Program-made: the position numbers and the translations under genes
NCBI GenBank assembly: GCA_963823665.1
Contig: CAWGMQ010000008.1
Location: 672,001-736,000 of the forward strand
Direction: 5' to 3'
Source of the DNA: an uncultured Planctomycetota bacterium
GTDB lineage: Bacteria > Planctomycetota > Planctomycetia > Isosphaerales > Isosphaeraceae
Length of the DNA: 64,000 nucleotides
Part shown: positions 30,985 through 40,272 of the stretch, in pieces
How the letters are laid out: every line of letters begins with the position of its first letter
How positions within the stretch are numbered: the stretch's first letter is position 1
Notes under the pieces: generated by a model
Databases searched by the model: none
Seen by the model: only the letters and a program-made list of their open reading frames with translations
What the model was told of the DNA's origin: nothing

Positions 30985-32004
30985 TCAATCCGCTGACTTG
31001 AGTATCTTGGTCAGCGCATCCTTATCATCCGGCAGGAGCTCGACGCCGACCAAGCGGGGCGTAAGCGTCTTCCAGTTCGGATCGAGCGCAAAGACCTTGC
31101 GAAACAGCGGAAGCGACTCATCGACACGCTTCATGTTCACAAGAGCAACGGCATGCCAGAAGATCATCTCGGCGTTATCAGGAGCCAGCGCCCGGGCAGC
31201 GCCATACGCCTTGAGCGCTCCCTCGTGGTCCTTCTTCTCGACCGCAAGGTCCCCGTCATTCATCAAGTTATAGGCGCGCTGAAGTGTCACCAGCCGGCGC
31301 AATTCAGCGACCGGTTCCAGATGGTCATCCACCCGCAGATCGAAAACCCGATCCTGCCATGGCCTGCCCGTCGGCTTTCCTGAAACGACAATGAGCGCGG
31401 CCGCCTGCTTGCCGCGAATATCCCCGCCCGCGGCCTGCGCAGCCTCAAGTGCCGCGAGCATCCGCGCCGCCAGGTCCCCCTGAGTTGACTCGAACGCCTT
31501 CGCCATCGCCGGCCACACCTTGTCGGAAAGCATCAAGTTGGCCTGAACCGAATAGTTCTCTCCAACATGCTGGCCGGCTGCCGGAATGCACTTCGCGCCC
31601 GTATAGGCTGACACCTTCCCGCTCGAATCGATCATAGCCACCTGGCGAACTTCTCGACTCTCGTCCACAGCCAGCAGTCCTTTGAGCGCATCCGGCGCGG
31701 CGCGGCCGGCCCGCATCAGGTCCAGCCCCAGCTTGCCGTAACTAGCATCGACGAATGATTGTGTGGCAATGGCACCGACGCCCGCTTCCGCCCACGGAAC
31801 CATCGACCCGACCGCGAACCAATGCGACTGCACGGCCACTCCCAGCTCGCCGGTCTTGGCATCGCGCGCAACGATGGAATACGTGTGCACCGGCCGCCGC
31901 CGGGAAGCTCCGCGAATCTGTTGCGCGGGCTCCTGCGCATTCAGAACTGACTCGACCAGGCAACACACGCAAAGACAAAAGACGACTCTGGATTGACTGA
32001 TCAT
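30985..32004 (-). CDS. DUF1028 (Ntn-hydrolase-like) protein with C-terminal TPR
   Basis: HTYSIVARD...GELGVAVQS...GAIATQS...GGDIRGKQAAA...DLRVDDH; signal peptide. Confidence 0.9.
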   Translation of the reverse strand: MISQSRVVFCLCVCCLVESVLNAQEPAQQIRGASRRRPVHTYSIVARDAKTGELGVAVQSHWFAVGSMVPWAEAGVGAIATQSFVDASYGKLGLDLMRAGRAAPDALKGLLAVDESREVRQVAMIDSSGKVSAYTGAKCIPAAGQHVGENYSVQANLMLSDKVWPAMAKAFESTQGDLAARMLAALEAAQAAGGDIRGKQAAALIVVSGKPTGRPWQDRVFDLRVDDHLEPVAELRRLVTLQRAYNLMNDGDLAVEKKDHEGALKAYGAARALAPDNAEMIFWHAVALVNMKRVDESLPLFRKVFALDPNWKTLTPRLVGVELLPDDKDALTKILKSAD

Positions 32005-32013
32005 GGCTACTCG

Positions 32014-33029
32014 CTACTCCCCGATCGTCAGCACAACTCGAAATCGCGCCTTCCCACTCATCATCCGATCGTAACCCTCGGCGACGCGATCGAGCGGATA
32101 CGTCTCGTTCATCGGCCGCACCCCCGCTCGGGCGCTGAAGGCAAGCGTGTCCTGCGAATCGATCGAGGTCCCGGAATACCAGCCTTTCACCGAACGGCAT
32201 CCCATCAGAAGCGCCAGCGGCGAGACTTGCATCGACTCGGCAGCGCCGACGATCAGCAGCGTGCCGTTGACCGCCAACCCCCCCTGGACGGCGCTCATTG
32301 CATCGCCGCTCGTCGCCGTCGCCAGGATGATCTTCGCGCCCCGAGCTTTTGCAGCTCCGCCGCGGGGTCCTCCGCCTGGCTGTCGATATACACCGCCGCT
32401 CCCAGTTGGCGGGCGAGCGGCTCCTTGTCCTTGCCACGAGCAATGCCGACCGTGTGAAAACCCATCTTCGCTGCGTACTGCACGCCGAGATGCCCAAGCC
32501 CCCCGAGTCCAAGCACCGCAACCACGTCGCCCGCCCGCGCCCCGCTGTTCCGCAGCGCGTTGAAGGTTGTGAGACCCGCACACATGAGCGGTGCCGCCGC
32601 GATCGACGGCAGATCGGCCGGCATGAGCGCAACCGCGCTCGCCGGCGCGACCATGTACTCCCCGTAGCCCCCGTCATACGAAACGCCCGTGACCTGCCCG
32701 CGCACACACGCGAAAAACTCGCCGCGGCGGCAGTAGTCGCAATACCCGCAGTAGCCGCCGTTCCAGCCGACACCGACTTTCTGGCCGGGCTGCCATCCCG
32801 CCACACCCGCCCCCACAGCATCGATCACTCCGGCCACTTCATGGCCCGGAACCCTCGGGTACTCGATCCAGGGGAACGCCCCTTCTTTGGTCAGCGAATC
32901 GCTGTGGCAGATGCCGCAAGCCTGCACCTTGATCCGCACCCACCCGGCACTCGGCTCCGGAATCGGCCGCTCAACGATTTCGATCGGGCCCTTCGCACGC
33001 GAAACCTGCGCCACTCGCATCACCGCCAT
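32014..33029 (-). CDS. Zinc-dependent alcohol dehydrogenase, frameshifted near 32340
   Basis: CGICHSD, PGHE, CxxCxxC, LGLGGLGH. The C-terminus GAKIILAT...GKARFRVVL is in a second frame; one G appears to be missing from a G run. Confidence 0.9.
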
Positions 33030-33284
33030 GATCTTCACTCCTGGAACAGAATTCACGTTTCCAACCCCAACACAGTGTAACCGGGCTGCGTTTCGTACCA
33101 CCATGTTGCCGCCGGATAAACTCCGGTTTATCATCCGAAGCGTGGCAACAGCCTACGGCAACGACGCCGATATGCTTGTCTTCAAACGCGCCGAGGCCAT
33201 CGAGGCCACCGAGCAGATCCTGATCGACAACAGCATCCGCCAGCAATGCTCCCCCGACATCGCTTCGATCTGGAACAAACGCAA

Positions 33285-33306
33285 GTAGGTCAGGCTTCAG
33301 CCTGAC
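33285..33306 (+). repeat. REP-like palindrome GTAGGTCAGGCTTCAGCCTGAC
   Basis: Matches 2254-2276. Confidence 0.75.
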
Positions 33307-33331
33307 GTCCACAAGATCGCCCATCGCCAGG

Positions 33332-34711
33332 CTACTGACCGCGCAGTTCCTCGAGGCTCGCACGAGCCGCTTCCCGCACGACGTGATCCTTGTCTCGCAG
33401 GAGTCCCTCGACGCTGGTCAGCACGCTCCGATCCCCGATCGCCCCCAGCGCCCGCGCGGCCTCCGCGCGAAGCAGGGGGTCTTCATTCGTGAGCAACCGA
33501 ACAAGCGCAGGCACGGCCGCACGGGCCTTTGGGCTCCACTGAGCGATTGCCTCGATCGCCGCTTCTGGTCCCGCTGTTCCCGCACCCTTCTCCTCGAGTT
33601 CCTTCATGGCACCGGCGAGCGCTGCTTCATCACCGGGCTCGATCCGCGAAATCGCCAGCGCCGCAAAGACCCGCGCTTCAGCATCGCGGTCGTGGACAAC
33701 GATTCTTCGCAACGTCGGTATCGCCGCCTTGGCCCCAATACCGACGCGACCAAGCGCTTCCGCCGCGTCACACCGAACAGCGCGCGTGACGGTGAAATCA
33801 GGCGCCAGCGGCCGGTAACGCTCCCGCGTGTCGTCCAGCGCGGATATTAGCGCAGGTACCGACGACTTCGCCCGCGGTCCAATAGCCCCCAGCGATCTCG
33901 CCGCGGCACCGCTGACCTGGGGGCTCCGATCCTTCAGAGCATCGGCGAGCGAAGCAACGACTCTCTCGTCCTGCGGATCAATCAGACACAACGAGTTTGC
34001 CCCTTCATAGCGAACCCATTCCCCCGGGTCGCTCTTGAGTAACTCAGCGACGCGAGTAACAGCGAGCTTCGCCTTCGGTCCGCCGACTCCAAGCCCTTGC
34101 ACCGCGACGCGCCGCACGTCTTCTTCCGGATCCTTCGTTCCGCGATCAAGTGCTTTGATGATGGCATCCTCTTCGCACCTCTTTTCCAGAAGCGCAACCA
34201 GCGCTCGCGCCGCTCGTACCCGTGTCCAGTTGCCTGGCCCCGCGAGCATCGTATCAACGAGCGCTGGTACAGCTTTGGAACCCATCGATTCCAGCGCCAG
34301 AGCCGCGAAGTCGCCGACAGTTGGATTTGGACCAAGATGATCGACGACGCCTTCATAACGGTTGTCGCCCAGTACGGCGATCAAGTCGGGAATCGCGCCG
34401 GCCGCTTTGTTGCCGAACTCCGCAAGCATCCTTGCCCCGAGCGCCCTGAAGCTCGAAGACTCGTTCTTCAGCAGCCTGATCGCGGAGGCTATGTCCTGCG
34501 CTGTCAGGTCCTCGGTTTGGCGCGAATTCGCCGGGACTTGACCGGTCGCCACTTGCCCGCCACAGGTGAACACTCCCGCGGCCATGACCACCGCGCCCAT
34601 CACCCGCAGCCCAGCCACGCACACGTTGCGACTCCGCACGATCACCCTCCCGGTCGGTTCCCACCGCGACCTCCGCAAGTCCCAATTCGGGACACGCGTG
34701 TCACGCACCAA
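33332..34711 (-). CDS. HEAT-repeat protein, probably exported
   Basis: Repeated VR.AAA.ALG.IG...VPALI..L.D units; start uncertain (possibly about 34600). Confidence 0.85.
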   Translation of the reverse strand: MVRDTRVPNWDLRRSRWEPTGRVIVRSRNVCVAGLRVMGAVVMAAGVFTCGGQVATGQVPANSRQTEDLTAQDIASAIRLLKNESSSFRALGARMLAEFGNKAAGAIPDLIAVLGDNRYEGVVDHLGPNPTVGDFAALALESMGSKAVPALVDTMLAGPGNWTRVRAARALVALLEKRCEEDAIIKALDRGTKDPEEDVRRVAVQGLGVGGPKAKLAVTRVAELLKSDPGEWVRYEGANSLCLIDPQDERVVASLADALKDRSPQVSGAAARSLGAIGPRAKSSVPALISALDDTRERYRPLAPDFTVTRAVRCDAAEALGRVGIGAKAAIPTLRRIVVHDRDAEARVFAALAISRIEPGDEAALAGAMKELEEKGAGTAGPEAAIEAIAQWSPKARAAVPALVRLLTNEDPLLRAEAARALGAIGDRSVLTSVEGLLRDKDHVVREAARASLEELRGQ

Positions 34712-35330
34712 GGTCTCGCTCTAACTTGCCCCTGTAATCGACCAATCTTCCAAGGACTTCATCATCGCCCTCTTTCTCCGCCTGTTCGATCATTCCGTCG
34801 ACCAGCCCAATTTCGGCTCGCAGCGACTTCCGCTTCGCCTCATTCGCGATAACCTTCGCAGAAGGCACATCTTCCTCCCACAAGCTCGCGTCGAATGAAT
34901 CCTGGGACACCCGCCCCCGCATCAACCACGAGACGAGTTTCGTGACTAGCGTTCCCACAACAGCCCCGCCCACAACCCCACCGACCAGACCCATGACGAA
35001 GAAGGCGATCCCCGGATTTCCACAGACCTGTGCGTCAGGCGACCGGGCAATTTCCTCGTCGACGGATCGGTTCCACGCAACCATCGAACCGCTGAAAATC
35101 AGCGCGAAGCACGCCAGTGCCGTCCCGATGCCGCACAATCTTGCGGGCCAGGGCTCGTCATCCAGGTCCATACGTTCCCCCAGAACGCGGCTCCGATGTT
35201 CCGCCACGGTCTGGCCCAAGCCCCAGGCCGGAAGCGACGCGGAGCTTGGATCTCCCGCTTCAGACTCTTGACTCGCGGCGGGCGTCATTCGCACGATGGC
35301 CATCTCCAATGCTAGCGTTCCTTGTGTCAT
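34701..35330 (-). CDS. Hypothetical membrane protein (2 TM)
   Basis: ORF with two hydrophobic segments, adjoining the HEAT gene. Confidence 0.6.
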   Translation of the reverse strand: MTQGTLALEMAIVRMTPAASQESEAGDPSSASLPAWGLGQTVAEHRSRVLGERMDLDDEPWPARLCGIGTALACFALIFSGSMVAWNRSVDEEIARSPDAQVCGNPGIAFFVMGLVGGVVGGAVVGTLVTKLVSWLMRGRVSQDSFDASLWEEDVPSAKVIANEAKRKSLRAEIGLVDGMIEQAEKEGDDEVLGRLVDYRGKLERDLGA

Positions 35331-36603
35331 TCAACCAGTGCCCGCATACCGTCACGAAAGCGTAAATTTGCCTTCGTTCCCATCTCCGTTCAAGCTGATC
35401 AGCGCACTCCCCCGCGACGGCCAGCTCCTATTTGCCACCCGCGCCGCTCGCATGTTCGCCTACGGCTTCCTCTCCGTGGTACTCGTCCTGTACCTGAAGG
35501 CCGAAGGGCTCAGCGAGCAACAGATCGGCGTGCTCCTGACGATGACCTTGCTGGGAGACATGGTCATCTCGCTCTGGATCACGACTGCCGCCGATCGGAT
35601 CGGCCGAAAGCGGATGCTGATCACCGGCGCGGGTCTCATGATCCTGGTCGGTTGTGTCTTCGTGGTCACCGCCAATTTCGTCGTGTTGCTCATCGTTGCC
35701 ACCATCGGCGTGCTCAGCCCCAGCGACAAGGAAGTGGGGCCCTTTCTCTCGATCGAGCAGGCTACGCTCACGCAAACGATTTCTGACGACGAGCGAACCG
35801 CCGTGTTCGCCTGGTACAACCTCGTTGGATCGTTGACCGCCGCGCTCGGCGCACTCGCCGGCGGATTCGCCGCCCAGAACTTCCTGCGCATCGGGATGAC
35901 CGGCGCGGCCATTTATCGACCGCTCGTTGCGGCCTATGGCCTCGTCGGGCTCGCGCTGGCAATCGGCTTTACACGCCTGAGCGCCGCCGCCGAATCGCCG
36001 CGCCGAGCCGAGGCCCCAGAGCAAAGAACGTGGTTAGGCCTGCACAGTTCGCGCGGCGTCGTTCTTCGCCTGTCAGCCCTGTTCGCGCTCGACGCCTTCG
36101 GCGGCGGTTTTATCATCCAGAGCATCGTCGCCTACTGGCTCCATCTCCGATTCCAGCTTGATCCGGCCGTGCTTGGAAGCATCTTCTTCGTCGCCAACCT
36201 GCTGGCGGCCGCTTCGGCATTATGCGCGGCCGCGCTCGCGCGCAAGTTCGGCTTGATCAACACAATGGTCTTCACCCACCTCCCTTCGAACGTGCTCCTT
36301 CTGCTGGTGCCGCTGATGCCCACCGCGACGCTCGCCGTCGCCGTGCTGCTTTTGCGGTTCTCGATTTCCCAGATGGACGTTCCCACCCGTCAGTCATACA
36401 CCATGGCCGTCGTCCGTCCGGACGAGAGGTCCTCCGCAGCCGGCATCACCACGGTCGCCCGATCGCTGGGCTCGGCCATCTCGCCCGCGATCGCCGGCTA
36501 CTGCCTGGCAAACTCTGCCTGGATGAGCGCACCGTTCTTCATCGCCGGAGGGGTGAAGATCGTCTATGACATATGCCTCTATCGCTCTTTCCGCAGCTTG
36601 TAA
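35296..36603 (+). CDS. MFS transporter
   Basis: About 12 TM, ADRIGRKR motif A, SQMDVPTRQSY; true start probably near 35370. Confidence 0.9.
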   Translation: MAISNASVPCVIQPVPAYRHESVNLPSFPSPFKLISALPRDGQLLFATRAARMFAYGFLSVVLVLYLKAEGLSEQQIGVLLTMTLLGDMVISLWITTAADRIGRKRMLITGAGLMILVGCVFVVTANFVVLLIVATIGVLSPSDKEVGPFLSIEQATLTQTISDDERTAVFAWYNLVGSLTAALGALAGGFAAQNFLRIGMTGAAIYRPLVAAYGLVGLALAIGFTRLSAAAESPRRAEAPEQRTWLGLHSSRGVVLRLSALFALDAFGGGFIIQSIVAYWLHLRFQLDPAVLGSIFFVANLLAAASALCAAALARKFGLINTMVFTHLPSNVLLLLVPLMPTATLAVAVLLLRFSISQMDVPTRQSYTMAVVRPDERSSAAGITTVARSLGSAISPAIAGYCLANSAWMSAPFFIAGGVKIVYDICLYRSFRSL

Positions 36604-36640
36604 CCCAGACAGAGCACCACTTGCCCGTTTCACCGTCGGG

Positions 36641-37141
36641 TCATCGCACAACAGTCCCCAGAACGCTGTAGGAGACGACGATCGCCATCATCAGAAGCGT
36701 GACGGAAAATCCGATGACCGACAGATACGAAAACCTCCCTCGTCGCACGGAGAGCGCGATTCCGATCGCGCCAAGGATGAGGCTGAGAAACGCCAGCAGG
36801 TCGCATTCGTGGGACGGCACGTGGACCGACCCTGCCGGGACGAGCACGGGCACCTTCTGACCCGTAAATGGATCCCGGTCGAACTTGCCTGGCGACGCTT
36901 CAACCATGAACGCGCGTCGCTCGCTCCATCTTGGGAATTCGAGCCCGAATACGCCCGGCAAGGTAGCAACAATCGTCACCATAGCGAATGCGATCGACGA
37001 AGTGCCCAGCATCAGGGTCGCCACGGTCTCACGGGGCTCGTGCCTGCCCCGCCGCGCGGCCACGCGAGCAGCGTCACGATCCTCGGCAGAGAAGGTCATC
37101 CGTCCGGCGAGCCAGCGGCGTTTGTCCATGTGCGCCTCCAT
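36641..37141 (-). CDS. Hypothetical membrane protein
   Basis: Three hydrophobic segments; co-oriented downstream of the ARPP-1 gene. Confidence 0.55.
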   Translation of the reverse strand: MEAHMDKRRWLAGRMTFSAEDRDAARVAARRGRHEPRETVATLMLGTSSIAFAMVTIVATLPGVFGLEFPRWSERRAFMVEASPGKFDRDPFTGQKVPVLVPAGSVHVPSHECDLLAFLSLILGAIGIALSVRRGRFSYLSVIGFSVTLLMMAIVVSYSVLGTVVR

Positions 37142-37159
37142 CCCATCGAGGACTTCTGT

Positions 37160-38074
37160 TCAACTCGCCACCACCACGCTTCCGTGGATCATGGAATCCG
37201 CATAGACCAGCGCCGAGGCATGCGTCGCCGGGTCGGGGTCGAGCCGGAATTCCCGCCCTTCTCCGACCGCCGGCGCAGGCTCCCACGCCTGTGCGTTGAG
37301 CCCGGCGATCAACCGCGCAACGTCGGCCTTTTCCGCGGTCTCCTCCGCACGCGATTCCTCCAGGGAATCCATCACGACGCCGCTCAAGAGCCGGTCCCAC
37401 ACGCGAGCACAGGTCACGGGCTTGTCGAAAATGTCGAGCGCCACCACTTTCTTGCCGACCGCCACGGCAACGCCGGTCGCCCCTTCCACATACTTGATTC
37501 GCTCGCGGAACTCATCGAGACGGGCAAGATTGAGCTCGAATGTGTCCGACATCGACTGGGTCGGCGAAGAGGCGTCGAGCGACGACATTTGCCGGCTGAC
37601 CTCACTCCAGACGGCCGTCTGGTCAGAGGTGTATCCGCGCCCTTCTTTCATCGCGGCATACGACGACTTCTTGAGGATATGCCGCAGTTTCGACGAAGAG
37701 TGCGAATCGCTCGAGGCGAACTGCTTCGACCGATACCGCCACCGCCCCTGTTCGACGCAGCTCACCGGAATCGCGGTCTGGCTGTGCGCACCGACCAGAA
37801 CAGAGGTGTTGAGAACGCGGTTCTGCTTGGCCCCGCGCAGCTCCTCGCCTTCCAGGAAGAGAACCCGCGAATCTCCACTATTGGTGACGCGCAGATTCGG
37901 AACCGAGCCCGACTCGCTCACCTCCTCGACGGCGACCACTCCTGACCGGATCGCCTCGTCCGACAAGAGATATTCGACCTTGCCGTCGATCGTCGAGAAC
38001 AACGGAAAAACCGCAAGCGACTGGTGACGGATGGGATCGCCGACGCACATTTCAGGCAACGTGGATGTGGACAC
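37160..38074 (-). CDS. ARPP-1 / DUF6569 family protein
   Basis: LAVFPL...EVSESGSVPNL...GEELRGAKQNRVLNTSVLV...IPVSCVEQGRW...Q.AVW. Confidence 0.85.
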   Translation of the reverse strand: MSTSTLPEMCVGDPIRHQSLAVFPLFSTIDGKVEYLLSDEAIRSGVVAVEEVSESGSVPNLRVTNSGDSRVLFLEGEELRGAKQNRVLNTSVLVGAHSQTAIPVSCVEQGRWRYRSKQFASSDSHSSSKLRHILKKSSYAAMKEGRGYTSDQTAVWSEVSRQMSSLDASSPTQSMSDTFELNLARLDEFRERIKYVEGATGVAVAVGKKVVALDIFDKPVTCARVWDRLLSGVVMDSLEESRAEETAEKADVARLIAGLNAQAWEPAPAVGEGREFRLDPDPATHASALVYADSMIHGSVVVAS

Positions 38075-38312
38075 GAAATGCTCCTCTCTCGCGGAAGACC
38101 CTATTGCCGCGATCGGCAAGTTCCGACCTCGGTCGGCGTCCGCGCCGATCTCGGTCTCGCTTGGCACTTCGACAGGCGCAAGACCAGCGGCAAATCCATT
38201 CTCGCAAGTTCGCACAGAATTGTCCAAGTGAGCCGCGCGAGGCGCCGGAAGACCTGGCCCGGCGATGCGGCGTGTCGATCCCGCTCCAGTACTATCTCGC
38301 CAGGCCTCTGAC

Positions 38313-38648
38313 TCAGGCAAATCGGACGAGCAGAACGAGCGACGCGATCGCCATCACCAAACCGGCGATCTCGTACACCGAGAGCGGCTCTCGGAAAACC
38401 GCCACGCCGACGGCTGTGAGCAAGAGAATCATCGAGACAGAGTAGACCACCCCGATCGTCGCCAGCTTCAAGTGACGCATCACGAACACCCAGCCGAATG
38501 CCGTCGAGGCGTACACCGCAAATCCAAGATAGAACCATTTGCTCGAGAACGGGTTGTCTCTGCCGCTTGCAAGCTTGAGCAAGTAATCCCCGACAACTCC
38601 CAGAACGCTGAAGCAGATGATGACGACGAAAGCGACCCAGTTCTTCAT
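38313..38648 (-). CDS. Small SMR/DMT-type 4-TM transporter
   Basis: 111 aa, 4 TM, VAVFREPLS...IAGL. Confidence 0.8.
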   Translation of the reverse strand: MKNWVAFVVIICFSVLGVVGDYLLKLASGRDNPFSSKWFYLGFAVYASTAFGWVFVMRHLKLATIGVVYSVSMILLLTAVGVAVFREPLSVYEIAGLVMAIASLVLLVRFA

Positions 38649-38825
38649 TGCGTCTCCCTTCTCGCCAGAATTCCTCGCGCCTGCCGGTTGATGCTTCGCT
38701 CCGGAGAACTTATAATCCATCCTACTCAACTCCGGCCATAACTCTGATCGGATTCAGCGGGAGTACACCTTTCCTGCCCCGATCGGTGGCATGCGTCTTC
38801 ATCACAATGACTGCACTGTTAAGGA

Positions 38826-39413
38826 TTGAAACCGATGAGCGGTCTCATATCCCCCGGGACCAGGCCCTTGCTTGCTATTGGCACCGTCGTCTTCGGCGGC
38901 GCGGCCATCGCGGGAATCATTACATCGCTCGCAATGATCAGCCCGTCGCCTCCAGTTCTGAAAAACGCGCCCTCGCTCACCAACCCCAAGCCGAGCATTC
39001 CTCCCCCCGACGATCCCGACGCCGAATACAGGAAGAAGCTCACGCCCGAGCAATTCCATGTGACCCGTGAGCGGGGAACGGAATTGCCGTTCAGTGGAAA
39101 ATACTGGAACACCAAGGGCCACGGGCTCTATAAGTGCGTCTGTTGCGGCACAAGCCTCTTCGACTCGAGAACCAAGTTCGATTCGGGCAACGGATGGCCC
39201 AGCTTTTATGAGCCCATCGAAGAAACCAGGATCGAAGCCCGGGTCGACGGAACTCTGCTCGACCAGCGCACGGAAGTGATCTGCCGGAAGTGCCACGCGC
39301 ACTTGGGCCATGTCTTCGGCGACAGCACGCAGCCAACCGGCTTGAGATATAGCATCAACTCCGCCGCGCTTGACTTCGAGGAAACCATGGCCGCATCATC
39401 GGGAGACCGTTGA
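38826..39413 (+). CDS. msrB: Peptide-methionine (R)-S-oxide reductase MsrB-like protein with N-terminal TM; catalytic Cys replaced by Ser
   Basis: LTPEQFHVTRERGTE.PF, CVCC, KFDSGNGWPSF, CRKCHAHLGHVF, TGLRYSINS. Confidence 0.88.
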   Translation: MKPMSGLISPGTRPLLAIGTVVFGGAAIAGIITSLAMISPSPPVLKNAPSLTNPKPSIPPPDDPDAEYRKKLTPEQFHVTRERGTELPFSGKYWNTKGHGLYKCVCCGTSLFDSRTKFDSGNGWPSFYEPIEETRIEARVDGTLLDQRTEVICRKCHAHLGHVFGDSTQPTGLRYSINSAALDFEETMAASSGDR

Positions 39414-39679
39414 CGGTCGAAATCCCAGCGGGATGGCGAAACTTCGAACAATCCCCGGCCCCTGGCGCCGGAACCACGATTCGCTGCCTTTCCCCACCAG
39501 GCACACGATGAGCCCGTTCGCGGTTCGCCACGACAGTCCCCCGGTGCTCCCCCCGCGCTTCAGCCACCTCCGTTCTCATGCCCAGCCTTCCGCGCGCAAG
39601 ACCCTTGAACCCTTGTCCCGCGCTCCTGACGGAGTTATGATTTCAGTAGTAACAGTTTAGCCAGACAGGACGAAACATC

Positions 39680-40261
39680 GTGACACTCACACCAGCCGCA
39701 CAGAAGTTCGTGCTTCACTGGGGCGAGATGGGTCAGGCTTGGGGCATCAACCGCACGATGGCCCAGGTCCATGCGCTGTTATTCATTGCGCCGGCGCCTC
39801 TCGACGCGGAAGAGATCAGTAGCTTGCTGGACGTAAGTCGTTCCAACGTATCGACGAGCCTTCGCGAGCTGATCACCTGGGGCGTGGTCCGGCGCGTGCA
39901 TATCATCGGCGACCGCCGCGACCGATTCGAAGCCCTCAAAGACGTTATGGAGACCTTCCGGGTCATCATGGCCGAGCGCAAGCGCCGGGAGATGGACCCT
40001 ACGATCGCACTCCTGGAACACTGCGTCCAGGAGGCCAAGCTCGGTCAGCCCGACGAGCAATACACCCGCGATCAGTTGGAAAAAATGCTCGATTTCACCC
40101 GCATGGTCACGACCTGGTACGGGCACATCGACAACCTGTCGACGCCGGCCCTCCTCCGGCTCTTCCGGGGTGGATCGATGCTCGCCAAGGTCTTCGGCAA
40201 GCGCCAGAAGTCCAAGGTGACCAGCGACCAGGAAAAGGCCGGCGCAGGCTCGCTCCCCTGA
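39680..40261 (+). CDS. GbsR/MarR family transcriptional regulator
   Basis: FVLHWGEMGQAWGINRTMAQVHALL...SRSNVSTSLREL..WG. Confidence 0.9.
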   Translation: MTLTPAAQKFVLHWGEMGQAWGINRTMAQVHALLFIAPAPLDAEEISSLLDVSRSNVSTSLRELITWGVVRRVHIIGDRRDRFEALKDVMETFRVIMAERKRREMDPTIALLEHCVQEAKLGQPDEQYTRDQLEKMLDFTRMVTTWYGHIDNLSTPALLRLFRGGSMLAKVFGKRQKSKVTSDQEKAGAGSLP

Positions 40262-40272
40262 ACCACGACTTG

